Source: Phoronis australis (Eukaryota > Animalia > Phoronida). From it: a stretch of DNA of 64,000 nucleotides. Location: positions 85,007 through 149,006 of the forward strand of contig NMRA01000635.1 in the NCBI GenBank assembly GCA_002633005.1, written 5' to 3'. The position numbers were made by a program, and so were the translations under genes. Of the stretch, positions 49,523 to 62,734 are shown piece after piece. Position 1 is the stretch's first letter. Each line of letters begins with the position of its first letter. A model generated the notes under the pieces. That model saw only the letters and a list, made by a program, of their open reading frames with translations, did not search any database and was not told the DNA's origin.

Positions 49523-50337
49523 ATCCATTTACTTATAGGGAATTTTATTATACTTAAACTAAAGTAGACTGAGCCAGGTGTCACTTGGTTGTTTGCTTGG
49601 CTGAAGACATTGCCTTGTACGTTCATGTATATGTTAATTCAGCAATTCTTGTCTCCAGTGGTCTTATGATGTTTCACCAATGTATGATTCACCACATTCC
49701 CATGGGATTTCATAGATGACATTTTTCTTTTTCCCCATGTCAGTTCTTGGTTTAACATTTGTCAATCGCCGACCATGTGTCTGAGCTGCGGTATACTGTT
49801 CTTATTTTAAATTCTTTACATATGCGTCCTAGATTGTCAGTTATTCCGGGTATATACGGTAAGCACATAGTCTGCAGTGGGCATTCTTCTGACACTTTCT
49901 TTTCTCTGCGATGTTGAAGCCAACGTGATGAAATCCCTTGGGTAACCATTTCTTTTGAATGTCTCCGTCAGGTTGGCCATTTCTGCTTGGAGTGCTGTAT
50001 ACGTATCACTGCAGATTTTTTTATCTTGATGCAAGGCATTTCATTATATCCTTCTTGACTCCTTTGGTGTGGATGGAGTTGAAGTCAATGTATCGTCCTG
50101 TTTGCATGGGTCTTCTTATAGTAGACTGACGTTGTTAACTGTCCTTCAACACGAGTCATTTACATCTAGGAATGGGAGACTGTTTTTTGTCCCTTCTTCC
50201 ATTGTGAATATAATTGTAGGCACTATGTTGTTCAGATGGTCAAGGAAATGGATTTTCTGACTAGAGGTCAGTGTAAATAGACCAAGAGATTTTACTAATA
50301 GTCCCAATAAACTAGCAGTTTTAACTGAAGCTATATC

Positions 50338-52995
50338 TATGGGCAGCGAAAAGGTTCAAAATAGACACCAGAGCCAAATAAACAAGTGGTTTGACAAACA
50401 GACAAGTGGTTTGCTAAACAGACAAGTGATTCGTCAAATAAACAGGTCAAGAATGCTATGGTTTTCTAAACAGACAAGTCAACTTTGCAGATTTTGTCGG
50501 ATAAACAAGTGCCTACTGTTGAACAAACAAGCAAGTTGGCAAATGATTAAGTAGGTTGCCAAACAGACAAGTAACCTTGTAGGCTCAACTTGTCGAACAG
50601 ACAAGTCATCTGTTAAACGAACAAGACAAACACGGCAAACGAACAGAGGGCGCCACTTGAAAACGAATGACGTCACGGAGTCTCAATCTGACCGATCCCC
50701 GAACCTGCATTATGTTACTTTTATTTTGGAATTTGGAATGGGATAAAAACTGGTGAGGCTTTGCAGCGCATTTACTACGTAAGCCAACTGCTTTGCGCCA
50801 GTGGACGCTTTGAAGCTGTAGCTGAAAGGTAAGATCATGACTATTTCTGCTTTATTCTGTAGAATTTGCATTGAAATCAATATAATAGAGTAAAACAACT
50901 GCTTAATTGTTAAGAAACAACACCTTTCATATTTTGTTTTTTATTTTGGCAGATATCAACCTGAATCATCATAACACAGTTTATGTTCCTTCTGTGAGAT
51001 AAAATGATAAATGACGCAGGTATCTGTTTTACAGTTGTATTTAGCCATCTTGTCGAACTTAAGTTTTCCATTCCTAACCTCAGACCAACGGTTGTGTTAT
51101 TGAAGGTAGTGCAATGTACCTCAAGTACTGCATGCGCAAGTACTGCGTAATCTTAATCTCGCTTTCAGTCGTGCTGAGTATCATTGTTTTTTAATGGACG
51201 TTAACAGGTTTTTAATTTTCCACTCCGGTTTGCAGCGCGACACTCTTAGAATACACTTCACATAGCCCGTAAATACAGAATTCCTTTTTTCTGAAGTGCA
51301 TTTTAAAAAGGTTTGTCGTCTTGCAGTTGTGCAGCTTTCACGTACTATTAATGATTTCCATTTTAGAAAATGCTACGCATATAAGACGGAATGACAAAAT
51401 AAAATAAATCAAAAATGGCAAGTAAATATTAATTGAACTGGGCGTGATAAATGTTGACTTACTAGTTTGAATTCTGCACTTGATTTCAGTGTTTATTCAG
51501 AATTATACCTGGATACCATGAGGATATCAAAAGAGGGGATCACAATCATGACAATGCACCAAATCAAAAATGCGTTCCAAATGAAAAAGCACACTTACCC
51601 CTTAAAGTTAAAGCTGACGTAACCTCCTCAGGCTAGACGGACGTGAATTTTAAGTGCAAAAGAACACGAACTTTAGCCGTAAAATTACAAAAGTGTCGCT
51701 TGGCTATGTGGCGGCATGTTTTATGGTCCGCAGCAAATTATCAGAAATTTTTAGCAGTCGGTTTCGAGGTCCCTTCCCCCAAAAATACTAATCGTTGCTT
51801 CCCCGCAGTTTTGTAACTGTGGGTAGAAGTCTGGCCTCAAGATCCATACAGATAAACTCTGTCAAGAGTTGGCAATTAATAATGCAAGGTGCTGAAAACC
51901 ATGTGACAGATATTTCAGTCCCACCGTCAACAACGAGACTCGTTAGGTTATGATAATTTCATATCAAACAAAATCATATAATGTCTGTGCCGGTATAATG
52001 CCACAGCATTGAATCTGATTGTTGCAATTTTGACAACAGTGACCTTCAGTACATGTATGTAATGCAGAGTGTTATTGACGCAAAGAGGAAAAATGGTTGT
52101 ACCTTACTACAAATGAGCAAATGAAAGTAACTCAAACTGAAGCTACCGAGGTGTTTCATTTTCAACGATATTTTGAGAAACATGATTGAAGAAAGTGACA
52201 TAAACGGTGTTTTTCAAACTTTAAAACAAAAAGTAGGCCTATGTTGTGTACTGCAAAACTAACTTCGTTAGTACGGCGAATACAGGACCATGTCAATTTC
52301 AACTTTCGTCAAAGAAGAGGATAACCCAGTAATATGTAATCACAAAGTAACAAACCTGATCACATATGATTGCATGTCATAATATTAAAGGTTTGACCTC
52401 AAATTACGGAATAACGATTAATTGGCGGGGTGGCCGAACCAAGCTTTGAATACCTATTTACGTACGTGTTCGTGAAACAGTTCAATCTAGCATTTGGCAG
52501 CTTGGTTTAAACAAGCAAACGCATCACGATTCCATAAATTTATTTAAGAATGGTCGATGACAAATTGAGAACAGTCCTATGAAAGAAATTCTTCACTGCA
52601 ACAGACCACTAAAACAACTTTTTGGAATTTTTGTGCTCATTGCGGGGCTCATGACTTCGTGACGTCAACTATTTCTTGAGTTGGGACAGCGCCCTCTGTC
52701 CTGTCTGTTCGAGTACTACGTCTGTTTGGCAAGACCAACATGTTCATTCGATGACTAACCTGTCTGTTTGATAGAAGTGACCTGTTCGTTCGACAAGTAA
52801 CCTGTTCGTTCGGCGCGAGTAACCTGTCTGTTCGGCGCAACTAACTTGTTCGTTCGCTAAATAACCTGTCTGTTTGTCAAAAATTAACCAAATAACCTGT
52901 CTATTTGTCAAAATTTAACCAAATAACCTGTCTGTTTAAAAAGTAACTTGTTTATTTGGCAGTGTTTTCTATTTTGAACCTTTTCGCTGCCCATA
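50338..52995. mobile_element. Non-autonomous TIR DNA transposon with 6-bp TSD (hAT-like)
   Basis: Perfect 27-bp TIR TATGGGCAGCGAAAAGGTTCAAAATAG, extended by ~300 bp of mirrored AAACAGACAAGT subrepeats; TATATC on both flanks. Confidence 0.88.
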
Positions 52996-53557
52996 TATAT
53001 CAATCATGAGTGCCCAACAGATACAAGCTGCGAATCTGCCATATTTCATACTAGTCACTACGAGTAAGATTGAATATTGCGAGACTGTTTTGACAGTCTT
53101 TAAACATTGTAATATCTACAGTAAAAATTCTTCAATTTAGGAAAAACCAATTGCTGAAATTGTCTTATTTTTAATTTACAGAGACTTACAACATTGTTGC
53201 AAATGCTCCAAATATTGCCAAATGTTTGGTTATTCCTATGCCACACAAGTCATGATAAAAGCAAAGTAAATTCAGGAGAAAAGGTATTTTTGTTGAGAAA
53301 TTTGCCAAAATGAAAATTCACCTGGCCATCATATTGTGTCCCAAACTGACGAATTTCTCCTATAGCTCTAATTATACATTGAAAATGTCCTAGTTATTGT
53401 CAACTGAGAGTTCGTCCACTCCTACTTTTAAAAGTTTTTCACTGCATTCCCTAGAAATAGAAAAGCCTCAATTTTCTGTTCGTATATGAATACAATGACC
53501 AAATAAAGCCACAGTTTTTACTGAGAGGCACGCTGGAGCAACTTTTATAATACTTAC

Positions 53558-53836
53558 AAAAAGGACATCTGTAAACTTCACAGTAAGACCATCTATCACT
53601 CCCAGTAGCATGGTAACACCATGGTCCATCAGGGCTGTCGTCGGGGTTTCTACAATAGTCGGCAGCACTGTGCAGTGTATCATCTGGTAGTTTTCTTGTA
53701 GTTCTTACACTATGTGAACGTGGAGTCTGTGAGTCCCAGCGCTGACAATGAATGTTGCCTCGAGTGGTCTTAACCAGGCCAGAATAAGTTTGTCCGAGGG
53801 TGTCAATCTTGCACTCTTTGTTAGGTAAGATTGTAC
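53558..53836 (-). CDS. Exon: kringle domain
   Basis: C..GQTYSG..TTRGNIHCQRWDSQTPRSH..YCRNPD..GPWCY..RWSYCEVYRC, six-Cys kringle pattern; ttag/gtaagt; 279 nt, phase 1-1. Confidence 0.95.
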
Positions 53837-56800
53837 CTAAATGTATCATCACTCTTTTAAGGAAAAAGACACATGACAGAAATCTCAATGAGACTTCATG
53901 AATACACATGAAAAGCTTCAATCTCAAAATCAGCCAAATTGTGATATGAAAAGGTATCTTATTTGTTAAGATATCAATCTCATAACTAAATGATTTGAAT
54001 TTTCCTCAGGATATTTCCAAATTTCAGTCCTTACCTGTTGTACTATATACATGCAACTCTACTATCTCAAGTTTAATCATAAGCATGCTGTCAGTTAACG
54101 CTTCATGTGCAGTCACCAGATCTAGACTGACAACCGACAAAATTGATCACTTTTCCACTACATTTAACTCAACTTGTCCAAACTAGTGCAAAGTATAAAA
54201 TATTTATCAACAAGCACTCAAACAACCAGTATTAAACAAATATACAAATACCACAGAAAATTAAACTTCAATAAAAAGTAAACTTATGTTTGCCGTATCA
54301 TACGAAAATAATAGCTGTGCGTCGCAAGCACCATTTCCAGTGATAAAAAGCAAACTGTACATAGGCGAAATAAAGATCATTTATTATGACTGATAACGGT
54401 CCAGAAATGTCACTAGACGGCCAAATCAGTCCAAAACCCATTTTTTTTATTCCTAGCATAACAGGTACAAATTTTCCAAATCTCATAAAGATCCGGTAAA
54501 TACAGCAGTAAACTGCAGATGCCTGGACAGAGATGAAAGAAATATAGCAGTAAAATATAACAATTTCCTAAAATGTAACAACTGTTGTCATTGTTACATG
54601 TTATGTTGGTAGGCTTCTCCTACAATGTAACAAATTATTACATTTTATGTAATTGTTACTTAGGTAAAATGCAAATGCAAGAAATGTACCATTGTTACAT
54701 TTTCAGAAACCAATGTCTTATCACAAAGTAAATGACCAAAATCATGAACAAGTAGTATCTGACAAGGCCGGGGTACTTGAGTGCCACCCAAAAATGTGAA
54801 TACATACCAATTTAAAGAGTAATTTTGGGTAACAATTCACATTTCCCACTGTTCTGTTACAGAAATTCAGAAAAGGCACCCTTTTAGATAGTTTTTTGTC
54901 GAAAATGACACCATTTTGGACAGTATTTTTGCTGTGAGAAAACACACTTTTGGGTGGCATTTTCCGTATACATGTACCTCTTCTGACTAAGAATACACTC
55001 TGGTCTGACACAGCATGAATTTGGCTAGCTTTACTACTCTAACAGCATTAAGTGCTATTTCAAAAGGATTTTAAAGCGGTTCCTAAGCTCAACCTTAACG
55101 ATAGTGCGAGAAACGTTTTGATAGCTGTGGATGAAGAGTTAAGGCCAACTTTTTGGAAACGAGGAGGTTGAGATTTAAAAGTCTTGTTTAGACGTTCGCC
55201 ATCTTCATAAATTGACTAGTTCTGAACTAAGCTCGGTATTGTTTGCCATAAAAAACTGAATTCAGACTCTGCAATCTTTTACTTGCGACTACATCTAAAT
55301 GTGAGAATAACCACCATGATATCATTCTTGTCTCTTGCTGAAAACAAATTTCCTCATCAAAGAACTGGTACTCGTTCCTCAATGATGAGTAAGTTCAAAA
55401 ATTGTATTAATATGATCTCTGGAGGCAGACACTTTTCAAGATCTGGCGACTGGTCGGCTATGGCCGCGGTCACCAGGTCATTAGAAAAGCTGGTAGTGGA
55501 CGTGCAAAACACACAACAATTTCACACGGAATGAGCCACTACAGTGAGGGATTAGAACTAGATTTCATTGAAAGAGGGTTGTATGGAACAAAAACAGCCA
55601 ACGTTAAAGTCAGTGATAGTGTTTAATATGTGCTTTTAGTAGGCGATGTAGCGAAAGGGTGAGTACACCAAATTCCCTTATCTGCCTACAAGCATGCATG
55701 TTGATGACAGTGAACTGCTACACAAAAATGGCACCTGACATGAGACAGGTGACTTCAAGTCTTTTAATAGCAGAATGTCCAATCTCTGTCTTTGTATATA
55801 AATTTCGTACTAACAGCATTCATTTGATAAAGATTTTAATTGACATTTTATCTTAAAAGATAATATAAAGAGAAAAAATGCACTTTTTGTAATTCGCAGG
55901 AATGGTGCACTTCATAACAAAGTTTCCCTGACACAGCAGTGAGAATTGTCAATGGATCTTTACAAACTATTAGGTGCTAGACAAAACTAGTTGGTACCAG
56001 AAACTTTGCTCTCGCTCCTTTTGTGTGGAGTGGGGCAATTACTGAATCAGCGATGAGTTCAAGGCAATAAAATTGACTTACTAAAATGGGTGATTTTTCT
56101 ATCAAATTGGTTTCCAAAATAGAATTATCCGTGAAACATTCTGTTATGGTTGTTTTTATCGAAAAAATATGATAAATATCAACCAAAATACAACGTCGTT
56201 GTTTCTATTGTGCTTACCCAAGGGAAATGTTTATCATAAAGCCGGTTACACACTTGGTTTATGACCTGTGAGCACCAACAAAAGATTGCAAGAATGCTTC
56301 AACAATAAACTGATCCTGATCCTGGAAACTCCTTTGGTCTCGGTGCACATTCAATTATTGTTAAAAAACAATGGAAAGCACATATGGGGACACGTACATC
56401 AATTTGAACTGACAAAATTTTATTCAAACAATTCAAGAAAGAAGCCGTTGATAGCGTAGGAGCCATTTTCCTCTTGTGAGAAGTACCATGCAAACACATA
56501 AAACATGAAATCGCTTTGCTAAAATGTACAGTACTGTATTGGGGCGTAGGCGCACTTAGGCGCAGCCAACCACCTTTTGGTATTTCAACGTAGTGCCTAA
56601 GCACCTTACGTTCAGCGCTCAAGGTAATATCGTGGTAAAATGTAACAACAATGTAAAACGTAACAATTGTTACATTTTAATCAGTGCATAAATGAGTGGA
56701 AACAAACTAAGTACTGTACAACAGGTAACCCTGTGTACAGTATGACATTTGAGGTACCTTTACCCAAAGTACCGTACCCTGAGCTACCCTATAAAAAAAT

Positions 56801-56993
56801 TAAAATGATCTCAGATATTCTGAAAGCGAGCTGAATGAGCATTGAGCTTGATGTGCAAAACATATTGTATTGGTTCTACAATTTGACTATGAAATATCTA
56901 TAAAGAATCACAGATTTTCACTTTTTTGTTCATTTAATTCATTTTATTATTCAACCTTGATACTTTTCTGATGAAAAATATGCAACAACTCAC

Positions 56994-57221
56994 CAGAAGA
57001 AATCGCAACACCATCAACTTGTACTTCACACAACGTGAGGGCCACAAATCCATCGAAAATCTGTATATACAAATAGCGCCCAAACACTGGATGAGGACTA
57101 CAGTTTAAAGGTAGTGTAGCTCCTGTACTAGCTTTTCCTGGGTAGAAACTACACTGTTGGTATGGAGCAGACAGGCTTGAGATGTTGGTTACCTTGACAA
57201 CAAAGTTATGGAGCCGCTCAC
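56994..57221 (-). CDS. Exon: C-terminal half of FTP domain 1 (not in ORF track)
   Basis: Translates (G)ERLHNFVVKVTNISSLSAPYQQCSFYPGKASTGATLPLNCSPHPVFGRYLYIQIFDGFVALTLCEVQVDGVAISS; aaaag acceptor, gtgagt donor; 228 nt. Confidence 0.93.
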
Positions 57222-58251
57222 CTTTTGAAATAAGAACAGACAGACATCAAGTGTGAACAGCAAGTCAGTGAAAACACAGCAGATCGGTCTAGAGGCCATG
57301 AAAAGGACATATATCAGCGACGTCTTTTTGGTCATGTCAGTAGTGAAAGGGTCCCCCAAATTAGCCTGAGTTCAGTTTGGTGTTTTATTTATTTTTAGAT
57401 ACATGTAATTCGCGAAGGCTATCTATAAGACCAACCACAAAAACGAGAATGGGAAACATAAATCGTGAGTTTCCAACCCTTTGCTGGGGAGCACTACACA
57501 AAAACTGAAAAAAATCTTCACACAACATGCAATCAATGGCAAATGCACAAAAACACATTTACTATAATAATTGAAACTTCATATAGCTGTTAATTGGATC
57601 AATTAATAAAAGTGTATAACTTCTAGAGGATCCCATTCTGCCACGCAGTCGGCTTAAATCAGTTTGAAACTGTGCTGCGCAGAGTTTTAAGGTAACTGTC
57701 CACCCCGTTGTGTGAGTAAAAAGTGGGAGTTGATAGAGGTGCAAGCTCAGTAAGTTTCAATAAAAAACAATTTTTCAAAAAAGTAGGTTTCAATGGTATG
57801 GAAAATTTTCACAGCAAAAACCTTGTACCAATCAATAATCCAAGTTAATTGTCTTTCAGTAGCCTTATTTATTACTAAGAGTTAAGTAACACTGTATTCA
57901 CAATACCCAACTTGTACCAATCACTAATTGTTAGCTTTTGCACCCTCAACAAAAGCTCCCACCTTCCATCATATTATAACATTGAAAGCCTTTAATTAAA
58001 GCAATATGCAGAATCCCAAAAACAGCAAGAGTTCAGTGTAGACAATGTACCTAACATACTTGTATGCAGTTGGAGCCCTTAAAGAATTCTAATGTTGTGT
58101 TGACAAGATTAAAGTTAAGACAGATCCTTAGGTGTCTACCCATTAAAGAACGACACCTAGCAGACAGTATAAAATCACAAAGAAGACATGACAAGGTCCT
58201 AGTGTATTGCAGACATAATTTCAAATATTGCTGCGATCATACATGTGTTAA

Positions 58252-61200
58252 AGGAGAATGCCACCCGATTTAATTAGTCTTTTTTGCCGTCTTAATCGGT
58301 CTATATCCACATCGCCTCGCATACGGTCGACCTTACCTTGCCAAGAGGTGTCGCGTTAACCTGTGAGGAAGGTGAGAAATGACGCTAGCGACTTCAGTGG
58401 TTCATATGCAGAGTGAATGCCGCTATGTTGCGGTGCATCTTTCCCGCTTGTCCGAACTAAGCAGCTGCGAGGAAAGCGGGTATATCGTTTTTTTTACTTC
58501 CTCGAGAGTCCAAAATGCTTAGGAAGTGGCTCATGGTAGTGAAGAATGAAATGTACGCTGTAAATAGCAAAGTATGAGGCCGTGAAACATCTCCGTGGCT
58601 GTGGCCTGCAGACGTCAACAGTGCCTGACGAATGCCGGCTTACCAAATAACTATCCATACGTTCCGTTGTCTGAGCTTTTTCACGGCGCCTCTCTAGTAT
58701 TTCTTCATCACTGTATTCCTGCTGTTCGAATTGATATAGCCTGTAAAACTTAACGATCCACCTGCGAAGTCGGGACTGATGAGCTCTAGCTCGTCCTAAG
58801 TCGGGATTGCGAGTTGCCATGTTGGCGTTTATTACTGAGCGTACTGTTTCAAAATGAATTATTCTCACCCTAACCAATACTTATACAAGAGCAACGCAGA
58901 GCGTTGAAATGTACCCACAATTGCACCGTATACGGTATCCTTCTAGGGTTGTTTATTGGTACCATAAAGTGGCCAGTAGAGGGCATACATGTAGTATATT
59001 GTACTTTGCAAAACGGAAAGGCATGGTCATTATCTCCTCAATAGGCTAGGGGCAAAATGTGAGTGATCTTCATAATACAAGCACATCCTATACATCAGTT
59101 GCATAAAGCACCACAGAAACATAGAATTAAAAACAAATTTACCGACATACGAGATAAGCACAGCATTAGAATGCCAGAAACAAATTTCTACTTGGAACTT
59201 TTCCTTCATAGTCACAAAGTAACACAAAGTATACACCTGAAGACCTATGAAAATAGAGAGGTCAATGTAAAATACTTAAATTGCCACTAGAGGCATACCG
59301 GTAGTCAAAATCATCCTAAAGTCGTCATCGTCCGTTGCCAACATCACATAAATACACTTGCTAAATTTAGTAACGATCCTGCAAACGGTTTGGGAGATAC
59401 AGCCATGGGCGCAAAAAAAAAACTGCCACTAGGAGGCGCCACAGTAATCAAAGTCATGGGAAATTCAGTGTCAACCGTCCTCTTCATAGTAAGAACAAAC
59501 ATGCCAATTTTCACAATCATACAGACTCAAAAAACAGTAAAAATGGCGACAGGGTGTAGCAAACTAAGTCGAATCCATCCGAAAACGGGAGGATAGCGTC
59601 ATCGCACTAATAGGTGCCTACATACCAAATTTCATGAAAATCCGTTCAGGATTTGTGAAGATACAGATGTAAACGTAAAAAAATAAAATTGCCACTAGGG
59701 GGCACACTGGTAGGCGGATCCGTCCAAAAGTCATCATGTTTCGTTGCTAACATCATGTAAATATACTTTCACAATTTCGTAAAGATCCTGCAAACGGTTT
59801 AGGAGATACAGCCATAGGCGAAAAAAAAAACAAAAGTGCCACTAGGAGGCGCCACAGTAGTTGAAATCGTCGGAAAATCATTGTCAAACGTCCTCTACGT
59901 AGTAAGCATATACATGCCAATTTTCACAATCATCCTTCGAGCGGTTTGGTTGATAGAGGGGTGGACGCACAAAAACAGACTCGAAAACACTAAAAATGGC
60001 CACTAGGTGGTGCAAACTATGTCAAATCCATCTGAAAACGGGAGCATAGCGTCATCTCACTAATAGGTGCCTACATACCAAATTTCATGAAAATCGGTTC
60101 AGGACTTTTGAAGATACAAAGGTAAGAGTAAAAAACTAAAATTACCACTAGGGGGCACACCAGTAGTCGGATCCGTCCGAAAGTCGTCATGTTCCGTTGC
60201 TAACATTATATAAATACACTTACACAATTTCGTAAAGATTCTGCGAACGATTTAGGAGATACAGCCATAGGCGAAAAAAAAAACGCCACTAGGAGGTGCC
60301 ACAGTAGTCGAAATCGTCGGAAAGTCATCGTCAATCGTTCTCCACATAGTAACAAAAACAGACTCAAAAACACTAAAAATGGCCACTAGGTGGCGCAAAT
60401 TATGTCAAATCCATCTGAAAACGGGAGGATAGCGTCATCTCACTAATAGGTGCCTACATACCAAATTTCATGAAAATCCGTTCTGGACTTTTGAAGATAC
60501 AAAGGTAAGAGTAAAAAACTAAAATTGCCACTAGGGGGCACACCGGTAGTCGGATCCGTCCCAGTCATGAATGGAACATACGTGGCAAATTTCATGAACG
60601 TATGTCAAAGGGTTTTGGAGACAGAGCAGCAGACGCCGGACGCCGCCCGGACGGACGGACGGAGATGACGGCATAATGCGTCCACATATAAATATGTGGG
60701 CGCACAATAAAACTGAAACAAAGTCTGTCTCATTAGATGCAATTTGTAATGCCTTTGGAGTGTTCGTGAGTGCAAATGATTTGAGAAGCCAGCAATGACC
60801 GGCTTGAGGTGCAATAAAACTAATTGACAGGACACCTAGGCCGTGTGATCTCATCCCACGGCCAGGTGTTAGGGGAATCTTTATTTACATTAATTACATT
60901 ACTCAAATAATGATTGTCAATGTACAACTTCTGCCCTGACGGTGCTGTGGCCAAAGCAGAGCCTGAATTCGCGGCCCCCGATGAGTAAGTAGATTTGCAG
61001 TTTTGTGGCTAATTCACCAACATAATCACGTGCACATTACTTTGGCTCACTAGTATAGTATTTTCTTGACTGGAAGTTTAGTTTCCACTTAACTTTGGCT
61101 GCTTTATGTTCGTGATGTCTGGTCAGTTTCCAAGCCACTGGCCAGCCGGGCCGGGGATAACGAGTCAATTCGGCCAGCCGCGACAGGCCTGATCAGGCTC

Positions 61201-61700
61201 CGAGCCACTGGCCAGGATAACAAGCGTTTTGTGTTTAGAACTCAAAAAATCACAAGTCTAAACAACACAGATCTAGGTTCTCCTGTCTGTATCTCACGGA
61301 AAATACTTCAAAATTATCTCCGAACAGACCCCAAACTCCTGCTACGGACCTTATTGGCCTGCTAATTGTAGGCTACGGTATGTCCAAATACCAATAAATC
61401 CGTAAGAGCGAAATAAAATAACACGTTTTTATAAGAACTCGGTGTATTTTTAAGGGTTTTACATCGAAGTTTGATGATTTATTGGTGTTAAACGATGAAT
61501 TCAAGCAATAAGCTGACACCAGTAACCCATGTTGTGAACTGCTGAACAGACTGCGTGTGAAACCGATGACGTCATTGGATAATTTCAACACCTCTGTCTG
61601 CCGCCAGGTGTCAGGTAACGCAACCGTACGTGTCCTTATGGAGTAGAACTAATTGATCTAAATTGATGCAAATTAGGTTGTTTTTGGGTGGCATGCTCCT
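58252..61700 (+). mobile_element. Kolobok-derived element, family B copy 3 (interrupted by HINE copy 4)
   Basis: TTAA-AGGAGAATGCCACCC...GGGTGGCATGCTCCT-TTAA; collinear with copies 1 and 2. Confidence 0.88.
58885..60707 (-). mobile_element. HINE-type element, copy 4, nested in Kolobok-derived copy 3
   Basis: Clean stem-loop CAACGC-AGA-GCGTTG and terminal hairpin; removing it restores AACCAATACTTAT..AAAACTGAAACAAA as seen in the sibling element near 8443-8470. Confidence 0.85.
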
Positions 61701-62530
61701 TTAATTGTTAATGTAAAATAAAACCAATCCTCTGCCCTGCTCTAGTTTCTTGGCATGTAAAGAGCTCCCAGAATGTTAATGTTATAGAGCATGCTTCATG
61801 CGTAGAACTGACAGCTAAGACAAGGCAACTTGTTGCATTATGGCATTCTCCCGTTGAGTCCAAATTGTTCGGTAGTATAGCACAACAACAAGTTGGGCAG
61901 ATGACCACTGTAGGCCATGCAGTACTGACTGAGTAAGTCCATTCTGGCATTAATGGTTGGAGGGCCAGCTCTCTTTTGTTCGATAATTGCACTAATCTGG
62001 CATAAGAGCCTGATCAAACATGACTGGCATGTGCTGTTAAAAATTAAAGTTGAGTTATAAATGTTTGAACATAAACCAATAGCATTATTCTGATTTCCTC
62101 ATATGCTGATCATGTTTAGGTTTTGAATGACAAAAATCGCCTAACTACAACTGAAGTGAAAACAATTTATTCTGTCTGAACGTACCAACTCACTTAGGTT
62201 TGACTGTTTGACTGTTCACATGTGGTCAGTAATAAACTTAATTGGTAGATACTTGGTCTGCAACAGTTGTCATGGCCAGACAAAAGAATGTGCTTGGTAG
62301 TTAATGAAGGAGCTAGCACATCTCTATATCAGGTAAAGTCACTGAACAGGGAAACACCCTTAATGGTACACACTTGTTGAGCCAGGTCTGAACCACATAG
62401 GAACAATACAGACCACTGTAATTACACTAAGTCACAACATTTATAGCAACTCTAAGTCCGTAACTATATAAAAACTAGTTTTAGTGAATTATAACTTCAT
62501 CAAAACATTTCAAATGAAGGTAAAATTTAC

Positions 62531-62734
62531 CACAACAGTCATTTCGGTTCACTATAGTAACAGCAGAAATAGAGTACACAGCTAACAGGTCCACTCTCCA
62601 CCAGGGGTCCTTCTCATCAACTGTGTGAGTACAGTAGCTGTAGTGCTGCCTCAGGTCCCCATCCACAGCTTTTGAAGATGTGTGAGTACCATGTGTGCTG
62701 GACTGTTGAGTTGGTTTGTTAGCAGCAATATTCA
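62531..62734 (-). CDS. Exon: N-terminal half of F-type lectin (FTP/fucolectin) domain 1
   Basis: NIAANKPTQQSST..SSKAVDG..CTHT..DPWWRVDL..VTIVNRNDCC; acceptor tttcag, donor gtaaat; phase 1-1, 204 nt. Confidence 0.93.

Larger units (their letters stand above)
49313..50293 (-). mobile_element. Penelope-like element relic: RT thumb and GIY-YIG remnants, pLTR with tRNA-like and hammerhead-like motifs, inverted pLTR fragment
   Basis: FLDHLNNIVPTIIFTMEE..SLPFLDV; RYIDFNSIH; FKRNGYPRDFI; LPYIPGITDNLGRI; NVIYEIP.ECGESYIGET. 49313-49346 is inverted at 50260-50293. Confidence 0.85.
1384..62734 (-). other. Span of a large multi-exon gene (19 exons found) encoding an FTP-kringle-FTP-unknown-FN3(x~8) cell-surface protein, probably receptor tyrosine phosphatase-like; incomplete at both ends
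   Basis: 19 exons with canonical AG/GT boundaries join in compatible phases into one stop-free frame of 4132 nt. Domain motifs were recognised by eye. No TM or catalytic exon was found, so RPTP identity is inference. Confidence 0.88.

Noticed and set aside
54290-56800. Probable decayed DNA-transposon patchwork with TGTAACAA/TTGTTACA motif clusters
   Set aside because: Could not define termini, TSD or coding remnants well enough to call.
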